Positions 41,115-52,352 of a DNA stretch of 64,000 nt are shown piece by piece. The first letter of the stretch is position 1. Each line of letters starts with the position of its first letter. Below the pieces are notes generated by a model, which had not been told where the DNA came from, ran no database searches, and saw nothing but the letters and a program-made list of their open reading frames with translations. Origin of the DNA: Candidatus Latescibacterota bacterium (GTDB lineage Bacteria; Latescibacterota; UBA2968; GCA-2709665); the NCBI GenBank assembly GCA_965203805.1, contig OZ241917.1, positions 5,376,001-5,440,000 on the forward strand, in the 5' to 3' direction. A program made the position numbers and the translations under genes.

Positions 41115-41796
41115 CCTGCTGGAGGCTGCGGATCTGGTTAAACGATACCGGGTCGGCCGTTCGGAAATACAGGTGCTCAGGGGTGTCGCCCTTTCCGTCG
41201 CGCAGGGCGAAGTGGTTGCGGTGATTGGCCCTTCCGGCGTCGGGAAGAGTACGTTGCTCCACATATTGGGCGGGCTGGATCGCCCCACCGGCGGAACGGT
41301 TCACGTCGATGGCAACGACGTCTTTGCGCTGTCGGATACGGAACGGGCGCGGTTCCGAAACGAGTCGGTCGGATTTGTTTTTCAGTTTCACCATCTGCTG
41401 AACGATTTTACTGCGGAGGAAAACGTGATGCTGCCCCTGATGATCCAGGGGCGGCCCGCTTCCGAAGCGCGGACCGCGGCCGGGGAACTGCTGAATGCCG
41501 TGGGGCTCTTCGAGCGCCGCGATCATCTGCCCTCGGAACTGTCCGGCGGAGAATCCCAGCGCGTGGCCGTGGCCAGGGCGCTGGTCGGGCGGCCGAAGCT
41601 GGTGCTGGCGGACGAGCCTTCAGGCAACCTCGACGCGGAACACAGCCGGCAATTGCACGATCTGATCTGGCGGCTCGCGGGCAGCCTGAAACAGACGTTT
41701 GTCATCGCCACGCACGATCAGACGCTGGCCGGCAGGGCCGATCGGATCATTCGGATGGAAGACGGCAGCATCGTGGATGAGGGGCGCGGGGGCTGA
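41107..41796 (+). CDS. lolD: LolD-like ABC ATP-binding protein
   Basis: GPSGVGKS, GFVFQFHHLL, LSGGESQR, ADEPSGNLD. Confidence 0.85.
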   Translation: MRSLLEAADLVKRYRVGRSEIQVLRGVALSVAQGEVVAVIGPSGVGKSTLLHILGGLDRPTGGTVHVDGNDVFALSDTERARFRNESVGFVFQFHHLLNDFTAEENVMLPLMIQGRPASEARTAAGELLNAVGLFERRDHLPSELSGGESQRVAVARALVGRPKLVLADEPSGNLDAEHSRQLHDLIWRLAGSLKQTFVIATHDQTLAGRADRIIRMEDGSIVDEGRGG

Positions 41797-41877
41797 AGCC
41801 GGGTCTCGCGGACGCAAGCAGGCGGTCGAGAGGTGGCCCTGCGGTCACATTATGAGGATCCAGAGGAGACTTGTCCC

Positions 41878-44346
41878 ATGAACAGCAGGTTTTCGGATCG
41901 GGTGAAGCGAGTGATGCGACTGGTCCGTGAAGAGGCGGCCCGGCTGGGCAATAATCACATCAGCAGCGAGCACCTGTTGCTTGGCATCATCCGGGAGGGA
42001 AAGGGATCGGCCGTCAACGTGATGTTGAATCTGGGATTGAACCTGGACAAGATCAAACAGTCGATCGACGACTACGTCGCCTATTCCGGCGGGTCGATGA
42101 CCATGGGCGACGTGCCCTTCACGCCGAGGGCAAAGCAGATACTCGAAATCGCGGCCTCCGAAGCCAAAGAGATGAAAAGCCAGAACGTGAGAACCTGTCA
42201 CCTGCTGGTGGCGCTCGTGAAGGACAAAGAGACGATTGCCGCGCAGATACTTGTGGGATTTGGCGTCGACTACAAGACCGTGAAGGAGGAGGTGATTGCC
42301 GTTTTGCAGGGCAAACCGACGGGTAAACGCGAAAAGAAGAAGAGCAAGACCCCGTATCTGGATCACTTCGGTCGCGATCTGACCGAACTGGCGCGCGAGG
42401 GCAAGCTGGATCCGGTCATTGGCAGGGAGCGGGAGATTGAACGGGTGTCTCAGGTGCTCAGCCGGCGCAAGAAGAACAACCCTGTGCTTATCGGAGAACC
42501 GGGGGTGGGAAAAACGGCGATCGTCGAAGGCCTCGCACAGCGCATCGTGGAACGCCGCGTGCCCCAGTTGCTGGCGGACAAACGCATGGTTACGCTGGAC
42601 ATGGGCGGGATGGTCGCGGGAACCAAGTACCGCGGTCAGTTCGAAGAGCGCATCAAGGCGGTCATGAACGAGCTCCAGCAGAGCCAGGAAGTCATCATCT
42701 TCATCGACGAGCTGCATACCATCGTGGGGGCCGGGAGCGCGGAGGGAACGCTGGACGCCTCCAACATGTTCAAGCCGGCGTTTTCGAGGGGCGAACTTCA
42801 GTGCATCGGCGCCACCACGCTGGACGAATACCGAAAATACATTGAAAAGGACGGCGCGCTGGAACGCCGTTTTCAGACCATTCTGGTCGATTCGCCGTCG
42901 GTGGACGACGCCATTGATATCCTCGAGGGCCTGAAGGAGAAATTCGAAGCCCACCATCTGGTAACCTATACAGAAGACGCGGTTGAGAGCGCCGTGCGCA
43001 TGGCCGACCGTTATATCAGCGACCGGCATCTGCCCGACAAGGCCATCGACGTCATCGACGAAACCGGGTCCCGCGTACGACTCGGCCGGTTGAATCCGCC
43101 TGAAGAAATCAAGACGCTCGAACTCGAAATCGAGGAGATTACGCGGCAGAAGAACGCGGCTGCGAACAGCCAGCAGTTCGAAGAGGCGGCCAAGCTCAGG
43201 GACCAGGAGCGGAAGTTGAAGGAACAGGTCGACGAGATGCGCCAGGAGTGGGAGCAGAAGGTCCGCGACGAAGTGGTCGAGGTGACCGAGCAGGATATCG
43301 CTGAAGTGATTTCCAGCATGACGGGAATTCCCGCGTTCCGGCTGGCGCAGGAGGAATCGGAGAAGCTGCTCCGCATGGGAGAGAAGGTGAAGAGCCGGGT
43401 GGTCGGCCAGGACGAGGCGGTCGATACGGTCTGCCGCTCCATCCGCCGGACGCGGGCGGGGCTGAAAGACCCGAATCGACCCATCGGCACGTTTCTTTTC
43501 CTGGGGCCCACGGGCGTGGGGAAGACCTATCTGGCGCAGGCGCTCGCCCGGTACCTGTTCGACGACGAGGAAGCGCTTATCACGGTGGATATGTCGGAGT
43601 ATATGGAGAAGTTCGCGGTTTCGCGGCTGATCGGAGCGCCGCCGGGATACGTTGGATACGACGAGGGCGGTCAGCTGACCGAAAAAGTGCGCAGAAAACC
43701 CTACTCGGTGGTGCTGCTCGACGAGATTGAAAAAGCCCATCCTGACGTGTTCAACCTGCTCCTGCAGGTCCTGGACGAGGGGCGTCTGACGGACAGCTTC
43801 GGCCGGAAAGTCAACTTCAGGAATACAATATTGATCATGACGTCCAATCTCGGCACCCGCGACCTGGCCAATGCCGGAGGGCTCGGATTCAAACGGTCCG
43901 ACAAGAAGAGCATCCGCGAAAAGATGGTGGAGCGCGTCGAGGAGGAACTCAAGAAGACGTTCAATCCCGAATTTTTGAACCGGCTGGACGAAATGGTGGT
44001 CTTCAATCCCCTCGAACGGAAAGAGATCATCCAGATTGTAGACCTCGAAATTGCGGAGATATTCGATCGCCTCAAGGAACGGGAAATCGGCATCAGCCTC
44101 ACGCCCGGGGCCAAGGCACTGCTGGCGGAAAAGGGGTACGACCCCACGTACGGGGCGCGTCAGCTGAAGCGCACCATTCAGAAACTGGTGGAAGATCCCA
44201 TGGCGGAAGAGATACTGCAGGGCACGTTTACCGCCGGGAGCGAGGTGCGCATCAGCAAGAAGGGTGACGGGCTCCAGTTCGTGGATGCCAATGCGGTTGC
44301 CGCAGACGCCGCCAGGGAAGTGATGGACCGTGTTTCGGAGGAATGA
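41878..44346 (+). CDS. clpC: ATP-dependent Clp protease ATP-binding subunit
   Basis: Clp-N repeats, [11 protein letters not shown] motif, [16 protein letters not shown]. Confidence 0.93.
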   Translation: MNSRFSDRVKRVMRLVREEAARLGNNHISSEHLLLGIIREGKGSAVNVMLNLGLNLDKIKQSIDDYVAYSGGSMTMGDVPFTPRAKQILEIAASEAKEMKSQNVRTCHLLVALVKDKETIAAQILVGFGVDYKTVKEEVIAVLQGKPTGKREKKKSKTPYLDHFGRDLTELAREGKLDPVIGREREIERVSQVLSRRKKNNPVLIGEPGVGKTAIVEGLAQRIVERRVPQLLADKRMVTLDMGGMVAGTKYRGQFEERIKAVMNELQQSQEVIIFIDELHTIVGAGSAEGTLDASNMFKPAFSRGELQCIGATTLDEYRKYIEKDGALERRFQTILVDSPSVDDAIDILEGLKEKFEAHHLVTYTEDAVESAVRMADRYISDRHLPDKAIDVIDETGSRVRLGRLNPPEEIKTLELEIEEITRQKNAAANSQQFEEAAKLRDQERKLKEQVDEMRQEWEQKVRDEVVEVTEQDIAEVISSMTGIPAFRLAQEESEKLLRMGEKVKSRVVGQDEAVDTVCRSIRRTRAGLKDPNRPIGTFLFLGPTGVGKTYLAQALARYLFDDEEALITVDMSEYMEKFAVSRLIGAPPGYVGYDEGGQLTEKVRRKPYSVVLLDEIEKAHPDVFNLLLQVLDEGRLTDSFGRKVNFRNTILIMTSNLGTRDLANAGGLGFKRSDKKSIREKMVERVEEELKKTFNPEFLNRLDEMVVFNPLERKEIIQIVDLEIAEIFDRLKEREIGISLTPGAKALLAEKGYDPTYGARQLKRTIQKLVEDPMAEEILQGTFTAGSEVRISKKGDGLQFVDANAVAADAAREVMDRVSEE

Positions 44347-44553
44347 AAGGGCGCCTGTCGCGTGGGCGTTTACCGTGATTTACGCTCGTTTCACTGCGAT
44401 CATGACCAATTGGGTCCGGACGTACGGCCGGGCCCAATTTTGCAGTACGGAACACTGGCAGGAACTTTTGGGTTGACGGAGCGTTTGTTCGATGTGGACC
44501 GGGGTTTGAATTCCTCTGAATTTTTCAGTCTGGCGTAACGGAGGCGAACGGCT

Positions 44554-46848
44554 TTGTTGGGAATCCTTTTCGGAGTTTTCGCGGTGCTGCTGAACATCGC
44601 GTCTCCCGGTACGGCGACGGCGCAGCAGGCGCCCGTGATTACTGAGATCAGGGTCGAGGGCAATCGGATCACCGAAGCATCGCTGATCAGGTTTTCCTCC
44701 GGGCTGGCGGAAGGACAGCGCCTCATGTTGCCGGACGACCCGCCGCGTGTGATTCGCAATCTCCACCGATTGAACATCTTTTCGGATATTCAGGTCTACG
44801 CCGACCCGAACGTGGACGAGGGCGTGGCCGTTGTGATCGTCGTGGAAGAATATCCCAAGCTGGACGACGTCCGCTTCGAGGGCAACAAGGGGATCAAATC
44901 CAAGAAACTGAAGAAGAAACTGGCCTTCATTGAGAAACAGTGGCTGTCGCCGCATGAGGTCAGGCGCGCGGAAAACAAGATCGTCGACCTCTACAAGGAA
45001 GAGGGATACCTCCTTGCCGGGGTCGAGGGGAAGCAGGGCGACCTGAATGAGGAAGGCCAGGTCCTGCTCACGTTCACCGTGAACGAAGGGCGCAAGGTGA
45101 AGCTGCGCCGCATTCAGTTCTTCGGCAACGAGGCGTTCGAAGGCAAGAAACTCCGCAAGGCAATGAAGGAGACCAAACAGGTCGGTGGAATTCTGCGCCG
45201 GAACCAGTTCGCGGAAGACACCTATCAGGAAGACAAGCAGGCGTTGCTGGCGTTTTACCAGTCGAACGGATATCGTAACGCGGAGATTCTGCGCGACAGC
45301 CTGTACTACGACGACGCGAAGGCGAATCTCTTTATCGACCTTTATCTGGATGAGGGACCTCTGCACCGGTTCGGGGAGATTTCCTGGGACGGAAACGAAC
45401 GCGTCAGGGACGCGGGCATCGAAAGGATGATCGTTGCCAAGGCAGGGGACGTCTACAGTTCCGAGCTCAAGGACAAATCCCAGGAGGAAATACAGAATCT
45501 GTACAGCGATATCGGTTACATCACGGCTTCGGTTGCGGTCCAGGAAAGGCCGGCGGAGGCGCCGCACACGATCAACGTCCACTTCGACATTGTGGAAAAC
45601 AAGCCGTGGAAGATTCGGCAGATTACCATTTCGGGTAATACGAAGACAAAAGACAGGGTGATCCGCAGGGAGCTCTGGTTGCGCCCGGGCCAGACTTTTC
45701 GAAGGTCGGGCATCGAGCGGAGCATGAGGAACATTCAACAGTTGAACTATTTCAGCAACGTGGCGCCGGAACTGAAACCTGTCGAGGAGTCATCCGAGCT
45801 GGACGTCATTTTTGCGGTGGAGGAGAAATCCACGGGCACGGCGTCCGTAGGCGCGGGTTACAGCCAGTACGACGGCCTGCTGGGAACCGTCGCGCTGCAG
45901 GTCCCGAACTTTATGGGCAACGGGCAGCAGCTCGAATTTCAGCTGGAGTTCGGAGACAGGCGGCAGTCGTTCAGGGCCGGCTTTACGGAGCCCTGGTTGC
46001 TGAATACGCCCACAAGTCTGTCGGGTCTGCTCTTCCGCACCACCCGGCGGTACTACAGCGGCTTCGACGAACGGAGACAGGGCGCCCTGGCCACGGTGGG
46101 ACGCCGTCTGGCCTGGCCCGATTTCTTACGGGTTTCCATCGGGTACCGGATCCAGCAGGTTGAATTCCGGAATTTCGCGGATGATTTCGACCAGGGCGCC
46201 GACACTGCCTTTCGCGACAACGTCACCAGCAGTGTGAATCTGAACTTCACGCGCAACAGCCGGGACCTGCCGGTTTTCGCCACCAGCGGTTCGGTGTTTT
46301 CCTACTCCCCGACAATTGCCGGCGGCCCCCTTGGCGGCAATACGGATTTCTTCAAGCACGATCTCATTACCAGCTTCTATTTCCCCGTGGCATGGCGTGT
46401 TGCGCTGAGTCTGAAGACGACCCTCGGTCTCGTGAAGCCGTACAACAGTTCCGACGTGCCGTTCAACGAGCGTTATGTGCCCGGAGGTGTGAATATTTTC
46501 GAAGGTACGATGGTTCGCGGCTATCCCGAGCAATCGCTGGGTCCGCGTGTCAGCGGCGTTCCGGACGGGGGGAATTCGCAACTGCTCTTCAACCTTGAGC
46601 TCACCCTGCCCATCGTGAAACAGCAGTTCTACGCCCTCGCGTTCGCGGACGCGGGTAATGCGTGGGACGGCGTCTCGGAAGCGAGTATCTTCGATCTGAG
46701 GCGTTCGATGGGTGTCGGATTTCGAATGATTGCGCCTGTTGTCGGTATTATGGGATTCGACTTCGCCTGGGGTTTCGACAGGCAGCGCGTAGACGGCCAG
46801 AAGCCACAGATGGTAACCCATTTCCAGTTCGGTCCGCAGTTCTTCTAA
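44554..46848 (+). CDS. bamA: outer-membrane protein assembly factor
   Basis: POTRA repeats, GNTKTKDRVIRREL, VRGY motif, terminal F; start uncertain. Confidence 0.93.
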   Translation: MLGILFGVFAVLLNIASPGTATAQQAPVITEIRVEGNRITEASLIRFSSGLAEGQRLMLPDDPPRVIRNLHRLNIFSDIQVYADPNVDEGVAVVIVVEEYPKLDDVRFEGNKGIKSKKLKKKLAFIEKQWLSPHEVRRAENKIVDLYKEEGYLLAGVEGKQGDLNEEGQVLLTFTVNEGRKVKLRRIQFFGNEAFEGKKLRKAMKETKQVGGILRRNQFAEDTYQEDKQALLAFYQSNGYRNAEILRDSLYYDDAKANLFIDLYLDEGPLHRFGEISWDGNERVRDAGIERMIVAKAGDVYSSELKDKSQEEIQNLYSDIGYITASVAVQERPAEAPHTINVHFDIVENKPWKIRQITISGNTKTKDRVIRRELWLRPGQTFRRSGIERSMRNIQQLNYFSNVAPELKPVEESSELDVIFAVEEKSTGTASVGAGYSQYDGLLGTVALQVPNFMGNGQQLEFQLEFGDRRQSFRAGFTEPWLLNTPTSLSGLLFRTTRRYYSGFDERRQGALATVGRRLAWPDFLRVSIGYRIQQVEFRNFADDFDQGADTAFRDNVTSSVNLNFTRNSRDLPVFATSGSVFSYSPTIAGGPLGGNTDFFKHDLITSFYFPVAWRVALSLKTTLGLVKPYNSSDVPFNERYVPGGVNIFEGTMVRGYPEQSLGPRVSGVPDGGNSQLLFNLELTLPIVKQQFYALAFADAGNAWDGVSEASIFDLRRSMGVGFRMIAPVVGIMGFDFAWGFDRQRVDGQKPQMVTHFQFGPQFF

Positions 46849-46879
46849 GACAGCTTCCAACGTGGGAGGGAGATTCGAT

Positions 46880-47452
46880 ATGGACTTCAGACATCGCTTC
46901 CTGGTTTCCTTGTGCGGCCTGACGGCGTGTCTGGTCGTGGCGTCCGCGGCCTGGGCACAGGCGAAGATCGGCTATTTCGATCCGAACGAGATTCGGACGA
47001 AATACAAGCCTTTCCAGGAGGCCGAGCGAGAATACAACCAGTATGAAGGGGAACTGCAGAAGGAACTCAAGAAGCTTGAGAGCGCATTGAGAAAGAAGCA
47101 GACCACCTTTGAACGCCAGAAGGTGATGTACATGGAGAACAGGCGGCGGGAGGAGGAGCAGGCGCTAAAGCGGCAGGAGGAGGAATTGCAGCGGTTTCTT
47201 GCCCAGATTACCGATCCGGAGCGGGGCAAGCTGGCGCTGAAGCAGCAGGAATTGCTTTCGCCGCTGCTGAAACGCGTCAACGAGGTGATTTCCCGGGTGT
47301 CCAAGGAAAACGGTTATGACTTTGTGCTGAATGCGGCCTCCGTCGTTTATTTCAACGAAGACTACGATCTTACGGAGAAGGTGCTGGACGAGTTGAATAA
47401 AGACCTGGAGGAAGGCGACGAGCAGAGACAGCGTCCGGGTCCGATCCGGTAG
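46880..47452 (+). CDS. skp: OmpH/Skp periplasmic chaperone
   Basis: signal peptide, KIGYFD, coiled coil, GYDFVL...DLTEKVL; follows bamA. Confidence 0.88.
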   Translation: MDFRHRFLVSLCGLTACLVVASAAWAQAKIGYFDPNEIRTKYKPFQEAEREYNQYEGELQKELKKLESALRKKQTTFERQKVMYMENRRREEEQALKRQEEELQRFLAQITDPERGKLALKQQELLSPLLKRVNEVISRVSKENGYDFVLNAASVVYFNEDYDLTEKVLDELNKDLEEGDEQRQRPGPIR

Positions 47453-47480
47453 GGGCCGGAAGAAGAGAGGAGAACCGGCA

Positions 47481-47912
47481 ATGTTGGACCTCGAAGCGAT
47501 ACAGAGAATCCTGCCGCATCGGTACCCGTTTCTACTGGTGGACCGGATCCTGGAACTGGAACCGGACCGCAGGGTGGTGGGGCTGAAAAACGTGACCGCC
47601 AACGAGCCGTTCTTCGCCGGCCATTTCCCGGGCCGGCCCGTGATGCCGGGCGTGCTGATTGTGGAAGCGCTCGCTCAGACCGCAGGTGTATTGATGGGAG
47701 AAGCGTCCGGCCTGATACCGATGTTCATGGGCATCGACAAGGCCCGGTTCAGACGTCCCGTAAAGCCGGGCGATCAGTTGCGGCTCGAGGTGGAGGTGTT
47801 GCGGAAACGGCGCAGCGTGTGCCGCGTTGCCGGCAGGGCGTTCGTGGGTGAGGACCTGGTCGCGGAGGCGGAGATGATGGCTGCGCTCGTCGCACCGGAG
47901 GACATGGATTGA
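47481..47912 (+). CDS. fabZ: 3-hydroxyacyl-ACP dehydratase
   Basis: [36 protein letters not shown]. Confidence 0.96.
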   Translation: MLDLEAIQRILPHRYPFLLVDRILELEPDRRVVGLKNVTANEPFFAGHFPGRPVMPGVLIVEALAQTAGVLMGEASGLIPMFMGIDKARFRRPVKPGDQLRLEVEVLRKRRSVCRVAGRAFVGEDLVAEAEMMAALVAPEDMD

Positions 47913-48123
47913 CGTTGGGCGGAACGGGGAAACAGGCTGAATTCGTTTTCATCGGCGGTCCGGCACGGGCCGCCGATTTCTTGTACCCCCGGCCCCACAC
48001 ACCCCCGGGTAAGACGGGAGACGTAAGACGGGAGAGGACATCAGTGCCCTTTGGTCTTTCTAGTCGTTACGATAACGGTAAATCAGCAGGCACGGTTTGT
48101 GTGGAAACACTGCTGTAAATGTC

Positions 48124-48572
48124 TTCATCTCCCGTCTTCCCTCTTACGTCTCACCGCTTCTAATGCACCGTGCAGTTTCATTTCTTGCCGGAGGCATAGA
48201 GGCAGAACCAATCGGGCAAGGATATCATCTCCCGTCTCCCGTCTCCCGTCTTACGTCTCACCGCTTCTAATGCACCGTGCAGTTTCATTTCGTGCCGTAG
48301 GCATAAAGGAGAAACCAATCAGGCAAGGATGTCATCTCCCGTCTCCCGTCTTACGTCTCACCGCTTCTAATGCACCGTGCAGTTTCATTTCTTGCCGTAG
48401 GCATAAAGGAGAAACCAATCGGGCAAGGATATCATCTCCCGTCTCCCGTCTTACGTCTCACCGGTTTTATCGTACCCGGTGCAGTTTCATTTCGTGCCGT
48501 AGGCATAAAGGAGAAACCAATCAGGCAAGGATGTCATCTCCCGTCTCCCGTCTTGCGTCTCACCGGTTTTCT
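48124..48572 (+). repeat. tandem repeat of a ~100-108 bp unit, about 4.4 copies
   Basis: unit tcatctcccgtctcccgtcttacgtctcaccg...gcagtttcatttc.tgccgtaggcataaaggagaaaccaatc.ggcaaggat begins near 48125, 48224, 48332, 48432 and 48534. Confidence 0.9.
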
Positions 48573-48573
48573 G

Positions 48574-49353
48574 CTATTGCGCCAGAATCTGACTGAGAAA
48601 CAGCTTTGTCCGGTCGTTTTTTGGATTGTCGAAGAACGCGTCCGGACTGTTCTCCTCGATGATTCGCCCTTCGTCCATGAAAATGACGCGATTGGCGACG
48701 GTTTTTGCAAATCCCATTTCGTGCGTGACCACCAGCATCGTCATGCCGCTCTGTGCGAGCTCAATCATCACGTCAAGCACTTCTTTGATCATCTCCGGAT
48801 CCAGTGCCGAAGTCGGTTCGTCGAATAACATGATCTTCGGGTTCATGCACAAACTGCGTGCGATGGCGACGCGTTGCTGTTGACCGCCCGACAGCTGACC
48901 GGGGTACTTCGACGCCTGTTCCGGAATTCGTACCCGTTCCAAATACCGCATCGCCGTTTCTTCAGCCTCCTGTTTAGGCAACTTTCTCGCCCAGATTGGC
49001 GCCAGTGTGCAGTTCTCCAGGACGGTAAGATGGGGAAACAGATTGAACTGCTGAAACACCATGCCGACTTCCCGCCGGATTTCCGCGATGTTCTTCAGAT
49101 TGTCGGTCAGCGATATTCCATCAACGGTGATGTGCCCGCGTTGATGTTCCTCCAGGTGGTTGATACAGCGGATCAGCGTTGATTTGCCTGAGCCTGAGGG
49201 ACCGCAGATGACGATTCTTTCTCCGCGCTCGACGGTCAGATTGATGTCGTTCAGGACGTGGAACTTGCCAAACCACTTGTGCATGGCTGTAATTTCGATC
49301 GCTATTCGGTCGTCGCGTTCGCTGACGGCTGCGTTTGTTGCATTATCAGTCAT
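48574..49353 (-). CDS. aapP: amino-acid ABC transporter ATP-binding protein (AapP/BztD)
   Basis: [31 protein letters not shown]. Confidence 0.9.
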   Translation of the reverse strand: MTDNATNAAVSERDDRIAIEITAMHKWFGKFHVLNDINLTVERGERIVICGPSGSGKSTLIRCINHLEEHQRGHITVDGISLTDNLKNIAEIRREVGMVFQQFNLFPHLTVLENCTLAPIWARKLPKQEAEETAMRYLERVRIPEQASKYPGQLSGGQQQRVAIARSLCMNPKIMLFDEPTSALDPEMIKEVLDVMIELAQSGMTMLVVTHEMGFAKTVANRVIFMDEGRIIEENSPDAFFDNPKNDRTKLFLSQILAQ

Positions 49354-49496
49354 TTGAATGTCCTCAGTATCCTGTCCCATAAAATACCTCGCCATTCATC
49401 CCGCCTCGCCGCGTCGCCGCAAGGGCGGTACGCGAACCGATCCTGCGAAAAGACGGGCTCCCCGTTCTTCTCCCCCTCTCCCCTCGGGAGAGGGGG

Positions 49497-49559
49497 CCTG
49501 CCTGCCGAGCAGGTCTCGGCCTGTCTGCCGTTCCAACGGGACAGGCAGGCGCAGGCAGG
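49497..49559 (+). mobile_element. non-autonomous CCTGCCTG hairpin (33 bp) with a nested 30-bp relative, inserted in a REP
   Basis: cctgcctgccgag-caggt-ctcgg[cctgtctgccgttccaacgggacaggcagg]cgcaggcagg; outer ends identical to the GIY-YIG element ends. Confidence 0.75.
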
Positions 49560-49977
49560 TCGGGGGGAGAGGTCTGCGCAAATTCGGGTAGACGTGAGAC
49601 GCAAGACGGTAGATGATAACGTTACCACAGTGTTTTCACGCTAACCGTGCCTGTTTCTTTACCGATATGGTAACGGCAAGAAAAACCTTGGGGCACTCAT
49701 GTCATCTCCCGTCTCACGTCTCCCCTCTCACCGCCTTTAGGGAATTTGGGGAAAAGGGGGTTTTGACTTTGATTTTCGATTTTGATTCAAGCTGACGGCT
49801 GAGTGCTGACGGCTGAGTGCTGCTTCTCTGCCTTTCTCTTTGTGCCTTTGTGTCTCCGTGTGAGCTGATTTTCGTTCTGAGCTGACTGCTGAAAGCTGAC
49901 TTCAGCCACGGATTTTTCGTTTTGTTCGCGTGTTTCGTAGTTTCTGATGTTCGTCCCGTTTTCATGAATTCATGGGG

Positions 49978-51096
49978 CTAATCTTCCTTGTAGCCCGTAT
50001 CCAGCTTCCGTTCAAGGTAGAGCGAATATCGCGACATGGCAAAACATGAAATGAAGAAACCCATCGCAACGAATATGTACAGTTCGGTCGATAATCCCTG
50101 CCATCTTGAGTCGGCGAGCGCCGCGCGGCCGATCCCGAGAGGATCGAGGAGGCCGACGACGATGACCAGGGTCGTATCTTTATACAGGCCGATAAAGGTA
50201 TTCATGATGCCGGGTATGGAAATCTTCAGCGCCTGCGGCAATATGATCAACCGGATGCTTTTTGCATAGTTGAGGCCCAGGGCATCGGCTGCTTCGAACT
50301 GCCCCCGCGGAATTGCCGCCAGACCGCCTCGAACGACTTCGGCGAGATATGCGGCCGAAAACACGATTACGATAATGATGACGCGAAGCAACAGATCGAA
50401 GTACGTGCCGGGCGGCATGAAATAATTCAACAGCGTTGAAGCGACGAACAGCAGAGTGATCAGCGGAACGCCGCGTATAAATTCGATGTACCAGATGCTG
50501 AGCGTCCTGACGACCGGCATTGACGAGTGACGTCCCAGCGACAGTGCAACGCCAAGTGGAAGTGAAACGACAATCCCGGTCACGCCGATCAGCACTGTCA
50601 GCAGGAAACCGCCGAATTTGGATGACTCGACGGGTTCCAGTCCAAACAACCCGCCCCACAGCATAAAGAACGCGAAGAACGGATAGATTAACGTAAACCG
50701 GAGCAGCAATCTCCGCCCTTTGACGCGGTCATACAACAGCGGGATCAGGGCGACGAAAAGCAACACGAACGTCAGATTGACTCGCCAGCGCAAATGCTCC
50801 GGATAGAATCCGTACATAAACTGATCGAATCGTTTCCACACAACCGCCCAGCAGGCGCCCGATCCAATTTCCCGACATTCTCGTCGGTGTTCCACATCCG
50901 CAAAAACCGCGTCGAAGAACATCCAATTGGCAATGGGCGGGATAATCTCGTACAGCAGGTATACCGACAACGCCGTCAGTACGATATCGGTCGGGCTCGA
51001 GAGTAAGTTGCCTCGAATCCAGCCTACGACGCCAACCTGGGTCCTCGGCGGCGGCAATTCTCGATGCATATCCTGATCGGGTGAAGGCTGTGTCAT
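49978..51096 (-). CDS. aapM: amino-acid ABC transporter permease (AapM/BztC)
   Basis: GACWA, IEFIRGVPLI, AEVVRGGLAAIPRGQFEAADALG. Confidence 0.9.
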   Translation of the reverse strand: MTQPSPDQDMHRELPPPRTQVGVVGWIRGNLLSSPTDIVLTALSVYLLYEIIPPIANWMFFDAVFADVEHRRECREIGSGACWAVVWKRFDQFMYGFYPEHLRWRVNLTFVLLFVALIPLLYDRVKGRRLLLRFTLIYPFFAFFMLWGGLFGLEPVESSKFGGFLLTVLIGVTGIVVSLPLGVALSLGRHSSMPVVRTLSIWYIEFIRGVPLITLLFVASTLLNYFMPPGTYFDLLLRVIIIVIVFSAAYLAEVVRGGLAAIPRGQFEAADALGLNYAKSIRLIILPQALKISIPGIMNTFIGLYKDTTLVIVVGLLDPLGIGRAALADSRWQGLSTELYIFVAMGFFISCFAMSRYSLYLERKLDTGYKED

Positions 51097-51100
51097 CGGT

Positions 51101-52258
51101 TCATCGCTCCACCAGTGAAATCCTCTTGTTGTACCAGTTCATGAACGCGGATATCGAAAGTGAGATGGCGAGATAAATGGCCAGAACAATGGACATGCAT
51201 TCCAGTGCACGGCCAGTCTGATTAAGCGAAATACCACCAATCGTCGCCACGATATCCATATACCCGACCGCGATGGCAAGAGATGAATTCTTGGTTAAAT
51301 TGAGATACTGGCTGATCAGGGGCGGGACGATAATCCGAAGCGCTTGCGGCAATATGATCAGCCGCATGGTGAAATTCGGTCTGATACCCAATGCGTAAGC
51401 GGCTTCGGTCTGGCCGTGACTGACGGCCAGGATTCCCGATCTGACAATTTCAGCGATGAAGGCCCCCGTATAGACCCCCAGCGCAAGTGTCAATGCGAGA
51501 AACTCCGGACTCAGGACCAACCCGCCTGCAAAGTTGAACCTTTTGAAGGCAGGGAATTCGAACTCAACCGGAAACCCGAGAAGCCAGAACGCCAGCAGCG
51601 GAAGCGCAATGATCGCTGAGACGTTCGTCCAGTACACGGGAACCTGTTGTCCGGTCAGTTCCTGTTTCTGTTTTGCGAACCGGTAAAAGTAACAGGCGCC
51701 GCCAATAGCCACGGCCAGGGCCGCAATGACACCCCAGAATGCAGGTTCGAATACCGGTTTCGGCGAATAGACACCGCGATTGGTCAGGAAGAACATATCG
51801 TACGCCGACACAGCCTGCCTGGGGTGGGGCAGGTTGTGAACGATCACCCCATGACACAAGAGTATCCACAGCAGAACCGGAACATTTCGGCTGAATTCAA
51901 CGAATACGTAAGAAATCCTGTTGACAAGGAAGTTCGAGGACAGGCGTGCGACACCCGCGGTAAATCCGATAAAGGTTGCGAGTATGATTCCAAAAAAAGC
52001 GACCAATGCCGTGTTGATGACGCCGACAATGGTCGCTCGAAGATGGGTGCTGCGCGAGTCGTATTCGATCAGATGTTGATTGATGTCGTAATTGGAAGGC
52101 GTGAACAGAAATGCGTAATTGACGTCTCGGCCGATCAGTTCGAGGTTGTTGAGCGCATTCCGAGCGAAGAAGCCGAGCAGCGATAGTGCGGCGACGATCG
52201 CAACGACCTGAATGATCAGTTGCCGTGGCTTTTTTTCACGCCAGAGGTTTCCCAGCAT
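51101..52258 (-). CDS. aapQ: amino-acid ABC transporter permease (AapQ/BztB)
   Basis: EFSRNVP, AFIAEIVRSGILAVSHGQTEAAYALG, NLTKNSSLAIAVGY. Confidence 0.9.
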   Translation of the reverse strand: MLGNLWREKKPRQLIIQVVAIVAALSLLGFFARNALNNLELIGRDVNYAFLFTPSNYDINQHLIEYDSRSTHLRATIVGVINTALVAFFGIILATFIGFTAGVARLSSNFLVNRISYVFVEFSRNVPVLLWILLCHGVIVHNLPHPRQAVSAYDMFFLTNRGVYSPKPVFEPAFWGVIAALAVAIGGACYFYRFAKQKQELTGQQVPVYWTNVSAIIALPLLAFWLLGFPVEFEFPAFKRFNFAGGLVLSPEFLALTLALGVYTGAFIAEIVRSGILAVSHGQTEAAYALGIRPNFTMRLIILPQALRIIVPPLISQYLNLTKNSSLAIAVGYMDIVATIGGISLNQTGRALECMSIVLAIYLAISLSISAFMNWYNKRISLVER

Positions 52259-52310
52259 AACTCACACGGAAATACAGTCGATGAATTGTTTTTGTCGGGG
52301 CTCGAACAAT

Positions 52311-52339
52311 GATGGCGCGTACAAATTGCGTGCGCCATC
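52311..52339 (-). terminator. intergenic hairpin after the binding-protein gene
   Basis: gatggcgc...gcgccatc inverted repeat. Confidence 0.5.
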
Positions 52340-52352
52340 TTCATAAGCTAAA

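Noticed and set aside
41107-41796. lolD without adjacent lolC/E as a novelty
   Set aside because: Split lol operons are common; the permease is probably elsewhere in the genome.
48124-48572. CRISPR array
   Set aside because: Whole ~100-bp units repeat with no unique spacers, and no cas genes are in the window.
48051-48828. ORFs with repeated peptides across the tandem array
   Set aside because: Translation of a repeat whose units differ in length and frame, partly overlapping aapP antisense.
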